This document shows, in pieces, positions 39,580-47,722 of a stretch of DNA of 64,000 bases. This stretch comes from a bacterium (GTDB lineage Bacteria > Patescibacteriota > Minisyncoccia > Phycocordibacterales > Phycocordibacteraceae): contig JBBCGK010000001.1 of the NCBI GenBank assembly GCA_037200965.1, forward strand, positions 416,001 to 480,000, written 5' to 3'. The notes below the pieces were generated by a model. It saw only the letters and a list, made by a program, of their open reading frames with translations, was not told the origin of the DNA and made no database searches. The position numbers and the translations under genes were made by a program. Every line of letters begins with the position of its first letter. Position 1 is the first letter of the stretch.

Positions 39580-39726
39580 AGTGTGGGTAGTTTTTATAAT
39601 TGTCCCTCGAGGCTGCCTCTCTTGGAACGGTTATCCGGTAAAGCCGGCCCGGGTCTCCCCGTGTGGCCTGCTGTCTATAAGTGTAGCAGGGATGGGCAAA
39701 AACAGCCTTTCGGGTGTGGATAGTTT

Positions 39727-40293
39727 TTAGGAAGGTTTGAGCCCTATTTTATCGAAAATGGCCCGGTGCGGATAGTCGAGAACGTTCCGTATGAGGCGGT
39801 CGTAGACGCCCAGACGGTAGCGGAAGTCTTCCGTGGAGAACGAGGCGTAGCGTATCTCGCGCCCGAGCTCGGCTTCGATGCCGTGAACCGCTGCCTTAAG
39901 CGCCCGCTCGACAAGCTTGTCGCCTACGATAAGCAAGTCGATCTCGGATTCGGCGACGCCCGTGAAGAGCCCTGAAGTAACGACAAGGCGAAGAGTTCCT
40001 CCTTTTCTAAGTGCGGCCAGAACTTCGGCATTCTCCACGTTCGTCGTCGTGCGCACGAAGTCGGCAAGCGCGTCGTAATACGGGAAACGCTTCTCGGCGG
40101 CATACCCGCTTCCCCGCTTCTTGATAACGCCCGCGGCGGCAAGGGTGCTTATCTCCTTGCGCGCCGCGGCTTTTGAAAGCTTCGTCCGGAATGCCGCGTC
40201 GGAAACGGAGAACGCGGATGCGGGGTTGAAAATGAAAAGACGAAGGAGCTTGAGGCGGGCGTTCGAGCCGAAGAGTTTCGCGAGCGGATCCAT
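39727..40293 (-). CDS. hypothetical protein, possibly DNA-binding
   Basis: MDPLAKLFGSNARLKLLRLFIFNP... is wHTH-like. Confidence 0.4.
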   Translation of the reverse strand: MDPLAKLFGSNARLKLLRLFIFNPASAFSVSDAAFRTKLSKAAARKEISTLAAAGVIKKRGSGYAAEKRFPYYDALADFVRTTTNVENAEVLAALRKGGTLRLVVTSGLFTGVAESEIDLLIVGDKLVERALKAAVHGIEAELGREIRYASFSTEDFRYRLGVYDRLIRNVLDYPHRAIFDKIGLKPS

Positions 40294-40400
40294 ATTCGAT
40301 TCCGCGCATTCTACCGCGCTTCGAAGTCCCGTGTCCAAGCCTTGACGAAAACAACAAAAAACGCCCTGTGGGGGCGTTTTTTGTTGTTTTCGCTTTCGGA

Positions 40401-40874
40401 TTATTTGAGCGTAACCTTCGCTCCTGCCTCCTCGAGCTTCTTCTTGAGTTCATCGGCTTCCTCCTTCTTCATGTCGGCCTTCACGACCGACGGAGCCGCG
40501 TCGACGAGATCCTTCGCCTCCTTGAGACCAAGGCCGAGCGCCTCCTTCACCACCTTGATGACGGCGATCTTCGATGCGCCGGAGTCGGTAAGTTCGACGG
40601 TTGCGGTCGACTTCCCTTCCTCGGCGGGACCCGCGGCTGCGGGACCCGCGACCGCGACTGCCGCAGCCGAGACGCCGAACTTCTTCTCGAGCACCTTCAC
40701 GAGTTCTGAGAGCTCAAGAACAGTCATGTTCTCAACTTCCTCGACAAGCTTCTTGAACTTTGCCGGTACCTCCACCTTCTCCTCTTCTTTCGGGGCTGCC
40801 GCAGGAGCCGGAGCCGCCTCCGGCGCAGCTGCCTCGGGGGCCGCCGCTTCCTCTACCTTCTTTTCTTCGTCCAT
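40401..40874 (-). CDS. rplL: 50S ribosomal protein L7/L12 with an N-terminal Ala/Pro/Glu-rich extension
   Basis: ...[28 protein letters not shown]... and C-terminus [23 protein letters not shown]...[15 protein letters not shown]. Confidence 0.85.
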   Translation of the reverse strand: MDEEKKVEEAAAPEAAAPEAAPAPAAAPKEEEKVEVPAKFKKLVEEVENMTVLELSELVKVLEKKFGVSAAAVAVAGPAAAGPAEEGKSTATVELTDSGASKIAVIKVVKEALGLGLKEAKDLVDAAPSVVKADMKKEEADELKKKLEEAGAKVTLK

Positions 40875-40899
40875 AGTAATGAGTTAAATGGGAATAAAG

Positions 40900-41394
40900 T
40901 TATGCCGCTTTCTTTTCCGCGATCTTGTTGAGCGCGACCACGAATCCCTGGATAGGGCTATTGATCACGTTCACGAACATGCCGCGAAGCACCGGTACCG
41001 GCGGGATGGTGGCGATGGCCGTCATCTGGCCCGCATCCGCGAATGCGTTCTCGAACACGCCGCCGACAATCGCGAGCGCTTCCTTGAGCTTCTTCGCGTG
41101 CTCGTAGATCGAGCGGGCGGGAAGCGTCGCGTCTCCCTTGCCCCAGGCGATCGCGATTTCTCCGGCAAGCTCCGGAACGTCTCCGGTATAGCCTCGCTCG
41201 GCGAGCGCGCGACGGATAAGCGTCTTCTTCGCGACATAGAACCCGACGCCCTCGGCGCGAAGCGCCTTGCGCATTTTGGTCGTGTCCGCGACCGAAAGCT
41301 TGTGGAAGCGCACGAATACGACCGAAGCCGCTTCGCCAAGCGCGCCCTTGAGCTTTTCAACGATGTCTACTTTCTTTTGTTTGGTGATTGCCAT
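40900..41394 (-). CDS. rplJ: 50S ribosomal protein L10
   Basis: Start at MAITKQKKVDIVEKLKGALGEAASVVFV...; sits upstream of rplL. Confidence 0.8.
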   Translation of the reverse strand: MAITKQKKVDIVEKLKGALGEAASVVFVRFHKLSVADTTKMRKALRAEGVGFYVAKKTLIRRALAERGYTGDVPELAGEIAIAWGKGDATLPARSIYEHAKKLKEALAIVGGVFENAFADAGQMTAIATIPPVPVLRGMFVNVINSPIQGFVVALNKIAEKKAA

Positions 41395-41640
41395 GTGATT
41401 TGTTAGTACGAAACGACACTGGTCCCGGAAGCTTTCGCTTCCGGGACCGAAGGAGGGCTCGACCTCTTTCACCCCGCATGAGGGGATCAAGATGTGCCTC
41501 GGCAGGGTTTACGGCCTTTCGGGCCACCTGCTGTCTTCGGTCCGTACCCGGCCACCATACTAAATGGTGGCCGATAAGGCAAGCGCCGCTTCATGAAGGT
41601 TCTTCATGAAATCTTCGTAATCCGTAGGTTCTACTGATTG
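41395..41640 (-). promoter_or_regulatory. structured 5' leader of rplJ-rplL (candidate L10 autoregulatory leader)
   Basis: Several perfect hairpins: GGTCCCGGAAGC-tttc-GCTTCCGGGACC, GGCCACCAT-actaa-ATGGTGGCC, CTTCATGAAG-gtt-CTTCATGAAG. Confidence 0.35.
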
Positions 41641-41672
41641 CGTTCCCCTTAGAAACCGTTACCCTCTACACT

Positions 41673-42350
41673 ATGCGCATCCTTATCGTGGAAGACGAGC
41701 CGCAGCTCGCCGAAAACCTCAAGAAGGGCCTTGAAATGAAGGGGTTCGCCGTCGACTGGGTCGCCGAGAGCGAGAAGGCGCGGACCCGGATCATGCTCTA
41801 TAAGAACGAGTACGACCTCATACTCCTTGACCTCATGCTTCCGGGCCTCGGAGGCGACGCCATCTGCCGGGAAGCCAGGGAAGCGGGGGTGAAGACGCCG
41901 ATCATTATCCTCACCGCCAAGGCCGAAGCCGAAGAGAAGGTGTCGCTCCTCAACTCGGGAGCGGACGACTACGTCGTAAAGCCGTTCTCGTTCGACGAGC
42001 TTGTCGCCCGCATAAACGCCGTGCTGCGGCGCCCCGAAAGCGCGCTTCCCGCCGCGCTTACCGTCCGCGATATCATTCTTGACCCGGCAACGAGACAAGT
42101 CACCAAAGCCGGCGAGAAAATCGCGCTTACACTCAAGGAATACTCTCTCCTCGAATACTTCATGCGCCGGCCGGGCGAAGCGCTTACCCGGGAAGACGTG
42201 CTCGATCATGTCTGGAATTTCGACTTCTCCGGGTTCAGTAACGTGCTTGACGTGCATATGAAGAATCTCCGCAAGAAGCTCGACGATTACGCGGGCGGCA
42301 CTCCCCTCTTCGAGACGGTGCGGGGCGTAGGGTACCGCCTGAATCCGTAA
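41673..42350 (+). CDS. OmpR/PhoB-family response regulator
   Basis: MRILIVEDEPQLAENL...ILLDLMLPGLGG...; winged-helix C-terminus ...VRGVGYRL. Confidence 0.85.
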   Translation: MRILIVEDEPQLAENLKKGLEMKGFAVDWVAESEKARTRIMLYKNEYDLILLDLMLPGLGGDAICREAREAGVKTPIIILTAKAEAEEKVSLLNSGADDYVVKPFSFDELVARINAVLRRPESALPAALTVRDIILDPATRQVTKAGEKIALTLKEYSLLEYFMRRPGEALTREDVLDHVWNFDFSGFSNVLDVHMKNLRKKLDDYAGGTPLFETVRGVGYRLNP

Positions 42351-42351
42351 C

Positions 42352-42519
42352 ATGGCCGATATCCCCCACGACATCCGCAGTTCCCTCGCGATCATCAAGA
42401 GCGGTACCGAACTCGCGCTCATGAATCCCGGGCTTGATCCTGAGTCGAAAAAGATATTCGATTCCACGCTTCGCGAAATCGACCGCATACACGAACTTCT
42501 GAAACAGCTTCCGAAATAA
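42352..42519 (+). pseudogene. 55-aa remnant of a histidine kinase (HisKA H-box only)
   Basis: MADIPHDIRSSLAIIKSGTELAL... matches the H-box consensus HDIRSPLT.I; no ATPase domain follows. 1 bp after the response-regulator stop. Confidence 0.4.
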
Positions 42520-42534
42520 AATCCGGGTAAATCA

Positions 42535-42560
42535 AAACCGCCCCGTACGGGGCGGTTTTG
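42535..42560. terminator. bidirectional terminator
   Basis: AAAACCGCCCC-gtac-GGGGCGGTTTT. Confidence 0.6.
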
Positions 42561-42577
42561 ATTTCTAGCGTGAGAAT

Positions 42578-44134
42578 TTACTTAATCCACGCACGGGTCT
42601 TCGGACCGAAGTAGCCAGCAGCAGGCGTGATGCCGACCGATGCCTGGTACTTTGCGAGCGCGGCCTGGGTAAGGGCCCCGAAGAGGTCGGTTTCCATACC
42701 AGCCGACCCTGGTCCCGTCGCGGCGACCATGAAGCCATGTGCGTTGAGCCACATCTGGAGAGCCTTCACGTCGGCTCCGCTTGAACCGATGGTGAGGTCG
42801 CGGGTGAAGGAAGCCGAAACTCCTCCCATCGCGTTTGCCTGCGCCATAAGTGCTGCGAGCTGCGCGTTGAGGGCTGCAAGCTGCGCTTCTACGCTCGTCG
42901 AGGTGGTAGTCGTGGTGGTGGTAGAACCGGAAGTGCTCGAGCTCGAAGAAGACGAGCCGCCGGAGCTGTGGTGATGGCTTCCGCCACCGCCACCGTTTGT
43001 GCTTCCCGCGCCCGCTCCCACTTCAACGTCGGTGCTGTAAGTGAAGGCGGTTCCTGCGACAGCGGCCGTACAGGTAACCATGACATCGTCTTCGGTACAG
43101 GTGACATCCGTATTCGAAGCAAGCTGCCCGTTCAGTGCTTCAACGACCTGCTGGGCAGTAACATCGGTTCCGGAGCTGTAACTATAATCAGTATCGTTGA
43201 TCGTTACCGTGTACTTCGCGCGAATGACGCTTCCCGGAGTAAAGGTAACTACCTGTGCGGTCGTGCCGTAGTTAGAATCGCCAAGGACGATTGACCCGTT
43301 CGCTCCGTTCGCCCGCGTGAAGGTCAGGTTGGCCGCGCTCGGGTTCGTTACAACGTATGCGCCCGTCGAGCCGTAGCTGGTACCGCCGGTGTACGTAGCA
43401 GCAGCGAGAGCCGCAGCAACTTGATTCGCGGTGAGCACGGACGTGCCGAGGTTGATGACGACACCGTCAACCGTCACCGAATGGTCGCCAGCGTTTGCCG
43501 GGAGACCAGCGGGAATGACGACGGTCGTCGTTGCCGGGATGGCGTTTGCGCCCCCGGCAAGCGCGGTGAGCGTAAATCCTGCGTTCGTCACGCCTTCGGC
43601 CCAATAGCCAGAGTTGACGGCAATATTTCCTGCTGCGCCAGCCGTGTCGTTTGTCAGGACCAGGATTCCCCCGCCGCTGTTAGAGGACGTAATGGTGAGT
43701 GCGGAGGTGACTCCATTGATTGCCGTGTTGATAAGTGCGGCAACGCTTGCGGCGTCGGTCGCGGCGCTAACTGCGATCTCGATGCCTCCTGCTACGCCGT
43801 TGGCATCTTTACAAGCCTGGGCCGTACCCGCATCGCTTGAAAGCGAGTTATCCACGTCGAAGTAGAAACAGACCGCGGTCGCGGCGACTCCGGTGTGCGA
43901 GAGGATGAAGTAATCGTTGTTCGCGAGGTTCGCTTTCGCGACGGCCGTCAGGGTTGACGTTGCCGCGATTGCTACGGTACCGCCGGTAAGGGCGATAGCC
44001 GGGATCGAAGCGGTCTCGGTATTGGCCACAGTTTCCTGTGCGGTCAGGGTCGGCGTGACCGCTGCAAGCCCGACCGAAGGAAGGACAAGAAGCGCGAGCG
44101 CCAGGACCGGGGTTAATAGGGCAAGCTTTTTCAT
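42578..44134 (-). CDS. secreted Thr/Ala/Gly-rich surface protein with a C-terminal peptidoglycan-binding (PG_binding_1-like) domain
   Basis: Signal peptide MKKLALLTPVLALALLVLPSVGLA; C-terminus ...GADVKALQMWLNAHGF...GYFGPKTRAWIK. Confidence 0.65.
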   Translation of the reverse strand: MKKLALLTPVLALALLVLPSVGLAAVTPTLTAQETVANTETASIPAIALTGGTVAIAATSTLTAVAKANLANNDYFILSHTGVAATAVCFYFDVDNSLSSDAGTAQACKDANGVAGGIEIAVSAATDAASVAALINTAINGVTSALTITSSNSGGGILVLTNDTAGAAGNIAVNSGYWAEGVTNAGFTLTALAGGANAIPATTTVVIPAGLPANAGDHSVTVDGVVINLGTSVLTANQVAAALAAATYTGGTSYGSTGAYVVTNPSAANLTFTRANGANGSIVLGDSNYGTTAQVVTFTPGSVIRAKYTVTINDTDYSYSSGTDVTAQQVVEALNGQLASNTDVTCTEDDVMVTCTAAVAGTAFTYSTDVEVGAGAGSTNGGGGGSHHHSSGGSSSSSSSTSGSTTTTTTTSTSVEAQLAALNAQLAALMAQANAMGGVSASFTRDLTIGSSGADVKALQMWLNAHGFMVAATGPGSAGMETDLFGALTQAALAKYQASVGITPAAGYFGPKTRAWIK

Positions 44135-44235
44135 CGTTAAATTAAAGTTGAGACTAATAAATACTTCTTCAGTATACCTACGCACTCCGCATGAAGATAA
44201 GTTATCCCCCATTGGTTCTTCCCTCCCTCAAACGC

Positions 44236-44261
44236 AAAACCCCCGCTTTCGCGGGGGTTTT
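44236..44261. terminator. terminator hairpin
   Basis: AAAACCCCCGC-tttc-GCGGGGGTTTT. Confidence 0.6.
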
Positions 44262-44316
44262 GCTGCCTGACAACTCGTCTGGCTAACGTGTTCCGGAACG
44301 AATCCCGGAAAGCTCG

Positions 44317-46293
44317 TTAGTCAGCCGTGATGTACACAGCGTCGGTCTCGTAGTCCGCATTGTCGAGGTCGACATTGAACTTCGAGAGCGGCGTGAGGTC
44401 ATTCTCTACAGAGTAGTTGACCTCAGCGAGCTGGATCGCGTACTGACCGGTGCCGGTCAAGGTGAGCGGATCAAGAGTGACGGTGAGCGTGAACGTTTCC
44501 GTCGCGCCTGCGTCAACCTTGAAGTTTCCGTTCTTCGTGTGCGCCGTCGAAGAAAGCGTTGCCGTCTTCGAGTCGAACGCGACCGAGGTGGTTGCACCGT
44601 TCTTGATGATGTCGTAGACCGCACCGGCAGTGTCGTTGCCAAGCGTCGAGCTTGCAGCCGTCTTACCGATGAAGATCGGATCATCCTCGTCAGCCGTCAC
44701 ATCGAACTTGATGATGAAGGTACCGTACGCATCGGAGTTGTCGGTCGAAGCCGTTACCGATTGCGAGGTGCTCTTCGGCGCGACATCGAAGCCGGTCTCC
44801 GAGACCATGTGGTCTTCAGAGGTTGCCGAGCCGGAGATGTCGGTCGATTCGACTTCGTCACCGCTTTCGACGCCCTCAGCCTCTACGCTCGAGTGATCGA
44901 TCGCGAAGGTGATGGTGTTCGGAAGGTCGGAAGCGTATCCGCTGTCCGAAGCGAACTCGACGGAGAGGGTGAAGGTCTTGGTGCTGTCACCGTCAACCTG
45001 CGCCTCAATGTCGTCAAAGTCGATGGTTCCGTCATCGTTGATGTCGCCATCGTACTCATCATCGCCGTCGGAGACGGTCGCCTTCCGGATGATATCCGAT
45101 ACATCGGCGGTGTTGAAGAGATCAGAGCTCGTCGCGACCGTGATGGTGAAGTCGGTGATGAGCGTATCCGCGTTGTCCTTGTTGCGGACATCCCATGCGA
45201 ATACGTCATATGCGTCCGAGGACTGGTCGTTCTCGACCTTAAGGGTCGTGGCATCCGGATTCTCGTCGCTTTCGCGGATCGAGAGGTCACCGTTCTCCTC
45301 GGCCTGGAAGTCGAAGCCAACCTTGTCGCTCGTCTTACCCGTGTACTGCTGGATGCCAGCGGCATCGATTGCGCGGATACCCTGGTCGGTCTCTACGGAG
45401 AGATCGAAGGATCCGTCATCGACATCGTCGTCGTCCATGTTGTCCGCGATGTCCGCTGCGAAGGTGAGCTCGGCAGTGCTGCCGTCCCTCACCATGTAAT
45501 CGAAGCCGGAAACCGAGATAGTGTAGACGCCGTCATCCTGGTCATCCCAATCGGCACGGCTGTCGGCATTGACATCGGCAAGCTTCTTGCCGTTGCCCCA
45601 TACCGAGATCGTGTCGAAGTAGTCCCAAGGGCGCTCGCTTGCGGAACCCGAACCGGTGAATTCCACCGTGAGTTCTGCGCGCTGCACGTTCACGTCACCG
45701 CCGTCAACGTCGAACTTCGCCGTTGCAAGCTTGACGTCCTGCTCGCCTTCCGCGCCGTCTCCGTCCTCCGAGCGGAGGTCGAAGTCAGTGAGGTCCGCCT
45801 CGCCGCCCTTAAGGGTCGTCGTGGTGGTCGTGGTCGAGCCGCCAGTCGTGGTGGTCGTGGTGGTCGTAGCGGACATCGAAGCGACCTTGGCGCGAGTGAT
45901 CGGACCGAAGTAGCCTGCTGCCGGGCTTACGCCGTTTGCAGCCTGCCATGCGGCGAGAGCCGCCTTGGTCTGAGCACCGAAGTAGCCGGTTGCGCCAGCT
46001 GGGATCGCGAAGCCTTTCGCGATGAGCCAGGTCTGGAGCGCGGTTACGTCTGCGCCGGTCGAACCGATGGTGAGGTCACGAGTGAACGTGGTGCTCGTCG
46101 TGGTGGTCGTAGAGCCGTTCACCTGCGCCTGAAGCGCTGCGATGGTCTGCATGAGCGTCGCGATCTGCGCCTGGAGATCCGCCTGGCTCTGTGCGTGTGC
46201 CGGAGCAACTGCCGCAACAAAGGAAAGCGAAGCCGCCATAGCGAGACCGGCCGCAACTGCAGCGATCTTGGAGATCGAAGTTGCTTTAGTCAT
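44317..46293 (-). CDS. secreted surface protein: N-terminal peptidoglycan-binding domain plus a long Asp/Glu/Thr-rich (probably Ca-binding) region
   Basis: Signal peptide MTKATSISKIAAVAAGLAMAASLSFVAAVAPAHA; ...GADVTALQTWLIAKGF...GYFGPITRAKV; D/E-rich repeats. Paralogous module to 42578..44134. Confidence 0.65.
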   Translation of the reverse strand: MTKATSISKIAAVAAGLAMAASLSFVAAVAPAHAQSQADLQAQIATLMQTIAALQAQVNGSTTTTTSTTFTRDLTIGSTGADVTALQTWLIAKGFAIPAGATGYFGAQTKAALAAWQAANGVSPAAGYFGPITRAKVASMSATTTTTTTTGGSTTTTTTTLKGGEADLTDFDLRSEDGDGAEGEQDVKLATAKFDVDGGDVNVQRAELTVEFTGSGSASERPWDYFDTISVWGNGKKLADVNADSRADWDDQDDGVYTISVSGFDYMVRDGSTAELTFAADIADNMDDDDVDDGSFDLSVETDQGIRAIDAAGIQQYTGKTSDKVGFDFQAEENGDLSIRESDENPDATTLKVENDQSSDAYDVFAWDVRNKDNADTLITDFTITVATSSDLFNTADVSDIIRKATVSDGDDEYDGDINDDGTIDFDDIEAQVDGDSTKTFTLSVEFASDSGYASDLPNTITFAIDHSSVEAEGVESGDEVESTDISGSATSEDHMVSETGFDVAPKSTSQSVTASTDNSDAYGTFIIKFDVTADEDDPIFIGKTAASSTLGNDTAGAVYDIIKNGATTSVAFDSKTATLSSTAHTKNGNFKVDAGATETFTLTVTLDPLTLTGTGQYAIQLAEVNYSVENDLTPLSKFNVDLDNADYETDAVYITAD

Positions 46294-46831
46294 AACTTGG
46301 TGTGCTTGTTTAATTTGGAACGCATGCGTCCGCGGCGTAACTGATAAGGTGCCGCGGCGCGCATGCGCGTTTTAAGTAATGTGAGTTCGCACAAGAACTT
46401 CGCACTTTCAAACTACCCCGCGAAACGCGGTATCGACCTGCGCTCCCCGGGTTAGTTGGCAAGGTTTGGCGGAATTCGGCGGTTCTTTCGTAGAGGTAAA
46501 GCGGTCGTTCGGTACTCCGTTTTAGCAAACGGGCAAACACGCGGATGCTCCCGCGATTTTCTATGTACGCGCTTTCACGCGTTATTTCATTTTCAAAGTC
46601 CGGTCACTTCTGCCTGCTGCCCCGTATACAGTGACTGGATCAAAGTATACGGGATAGCCGCGGCGTTCTATACCGCAAGAAGCCTGTATGAATGTGGATA
46701 ACCGACTCCGCCTGGAAAACACAAAGAGGCCGTTTCCGGCCGCAGTCGTGATTACCGGTAGGTCGTCACCACATATAGAAGATACCTCCTGCGGCGGCCT
46801 AAGTCAATCTACCTCTAACTACCCAAAGAAA

Positions 46832-47617
46832 TTATGAAGGCTGCCCGGCAAGGCGATATGAGGTCCACCTGCGTTCCCCCGCTTTAATCACAACTCCTTC
46901 ATCGACAAGGGCCTGGAGCTCCCGCTGGATAGTCTTCTCGCTTACGTCTCGTATTACCATCGAAACATCCTTTATATAGAGGGGGCCTTTCCCGCGCAGT
47001 ACGGCAAGTACGGCATCGCGGCGTCCTGATTTGCGCGGTTTGTCCGATATTTGTCCTATATGTCCTATATGCTCCGGGCGGTTCGCCGGTGTCCCCGGAC
47101 GCGATTGCGGAATGGGTTTTACAAGCGTCTGAATGTTTCTTTGCGTCAGGATCTTGGCGAGTTCGGCAAGGGTCGGCGTGTTCTCAAGCATGACGCGCGG
47201 CTCCTCATAGGCAGCAACTTCCTGGAGAAGTTCCCGGGCCTCATGCGCGATTAGGTCGGCATTCATGGAAGAGAGGAGGCCTCCGGTACGGGCGATCGCC
47301 AAAACACTTGAGAGCGCAAGAAGCTCGCGGGAAAGAGCCTCGCGCGCTTCTCGCGGTGCGAGTATCGCGCCGTCTATGAGGCCGACGGCGACCGCGTCGA
47401 TCTTGTCTCTTAGAGAGGGCGCGCGGGAAAATGCCGGACTTACTAAATGCACGGCTTTCGCGAGGCGCTCCGCTTTCTTGTAAATGAATACGCGACGTAT
47501 GTCCTTATCGAATATGTTGGAGAATATGCTCTTCTCTAGGACAAAGTCAGACAAGTCGGGGTTATAAGGACGCTGTGCGCTTGACTGGATTTCTGGATGT
47601 TGTCCTTTTTCCGCCAT
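46832..47617 (-). CDS. hypothetical protein with a C-terminal winged-HTH
   Basis: ...KTIQRELQALVDEGVVIKAGERRWTSYRL (DeoR-like). Confidence 0.45.
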   Translation of the reverse strand: MAEKGQHPEIQSSAQRPYNPDLSDFVLEKSIFSNIFDKDIRRVFIYKKAERLAKAVHLVSPAFSRAPSLRDKIDAVAVGLIDGAILAPREAREALSRELLALSSVLAIARTGGLLSSMNADLIAHEARELLQEVAAYEEPRVMLENTPTLAELAKILTQRNIQTLVKPIPQSRPGTPANRPEHIGHIGQISDKPRKSGRRDAVLAVLRGKGPLYIKDVSMVIRDVSEKTIQRELQALVDEGVVIKAGERRWTSYRLAGQPS

Positions 47618-47722
47618 AAAGTCTTTTATGTAGTTCGTCCTTGAGAAGGAGTATATGTCTTATATACCGCTCGCGCAAATGTGTATAACACCGCCAGAAA
47701 ACCTAAGTGGTACAATGCTTAA

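Noticed and set aside
44539-46344. 601-aa plus-strand ORF
   Set aside because: Antisense to the surface-protein gene 44317..46293. Arg/Gly/Val-rich composition from GC-rich codons. No motifs.
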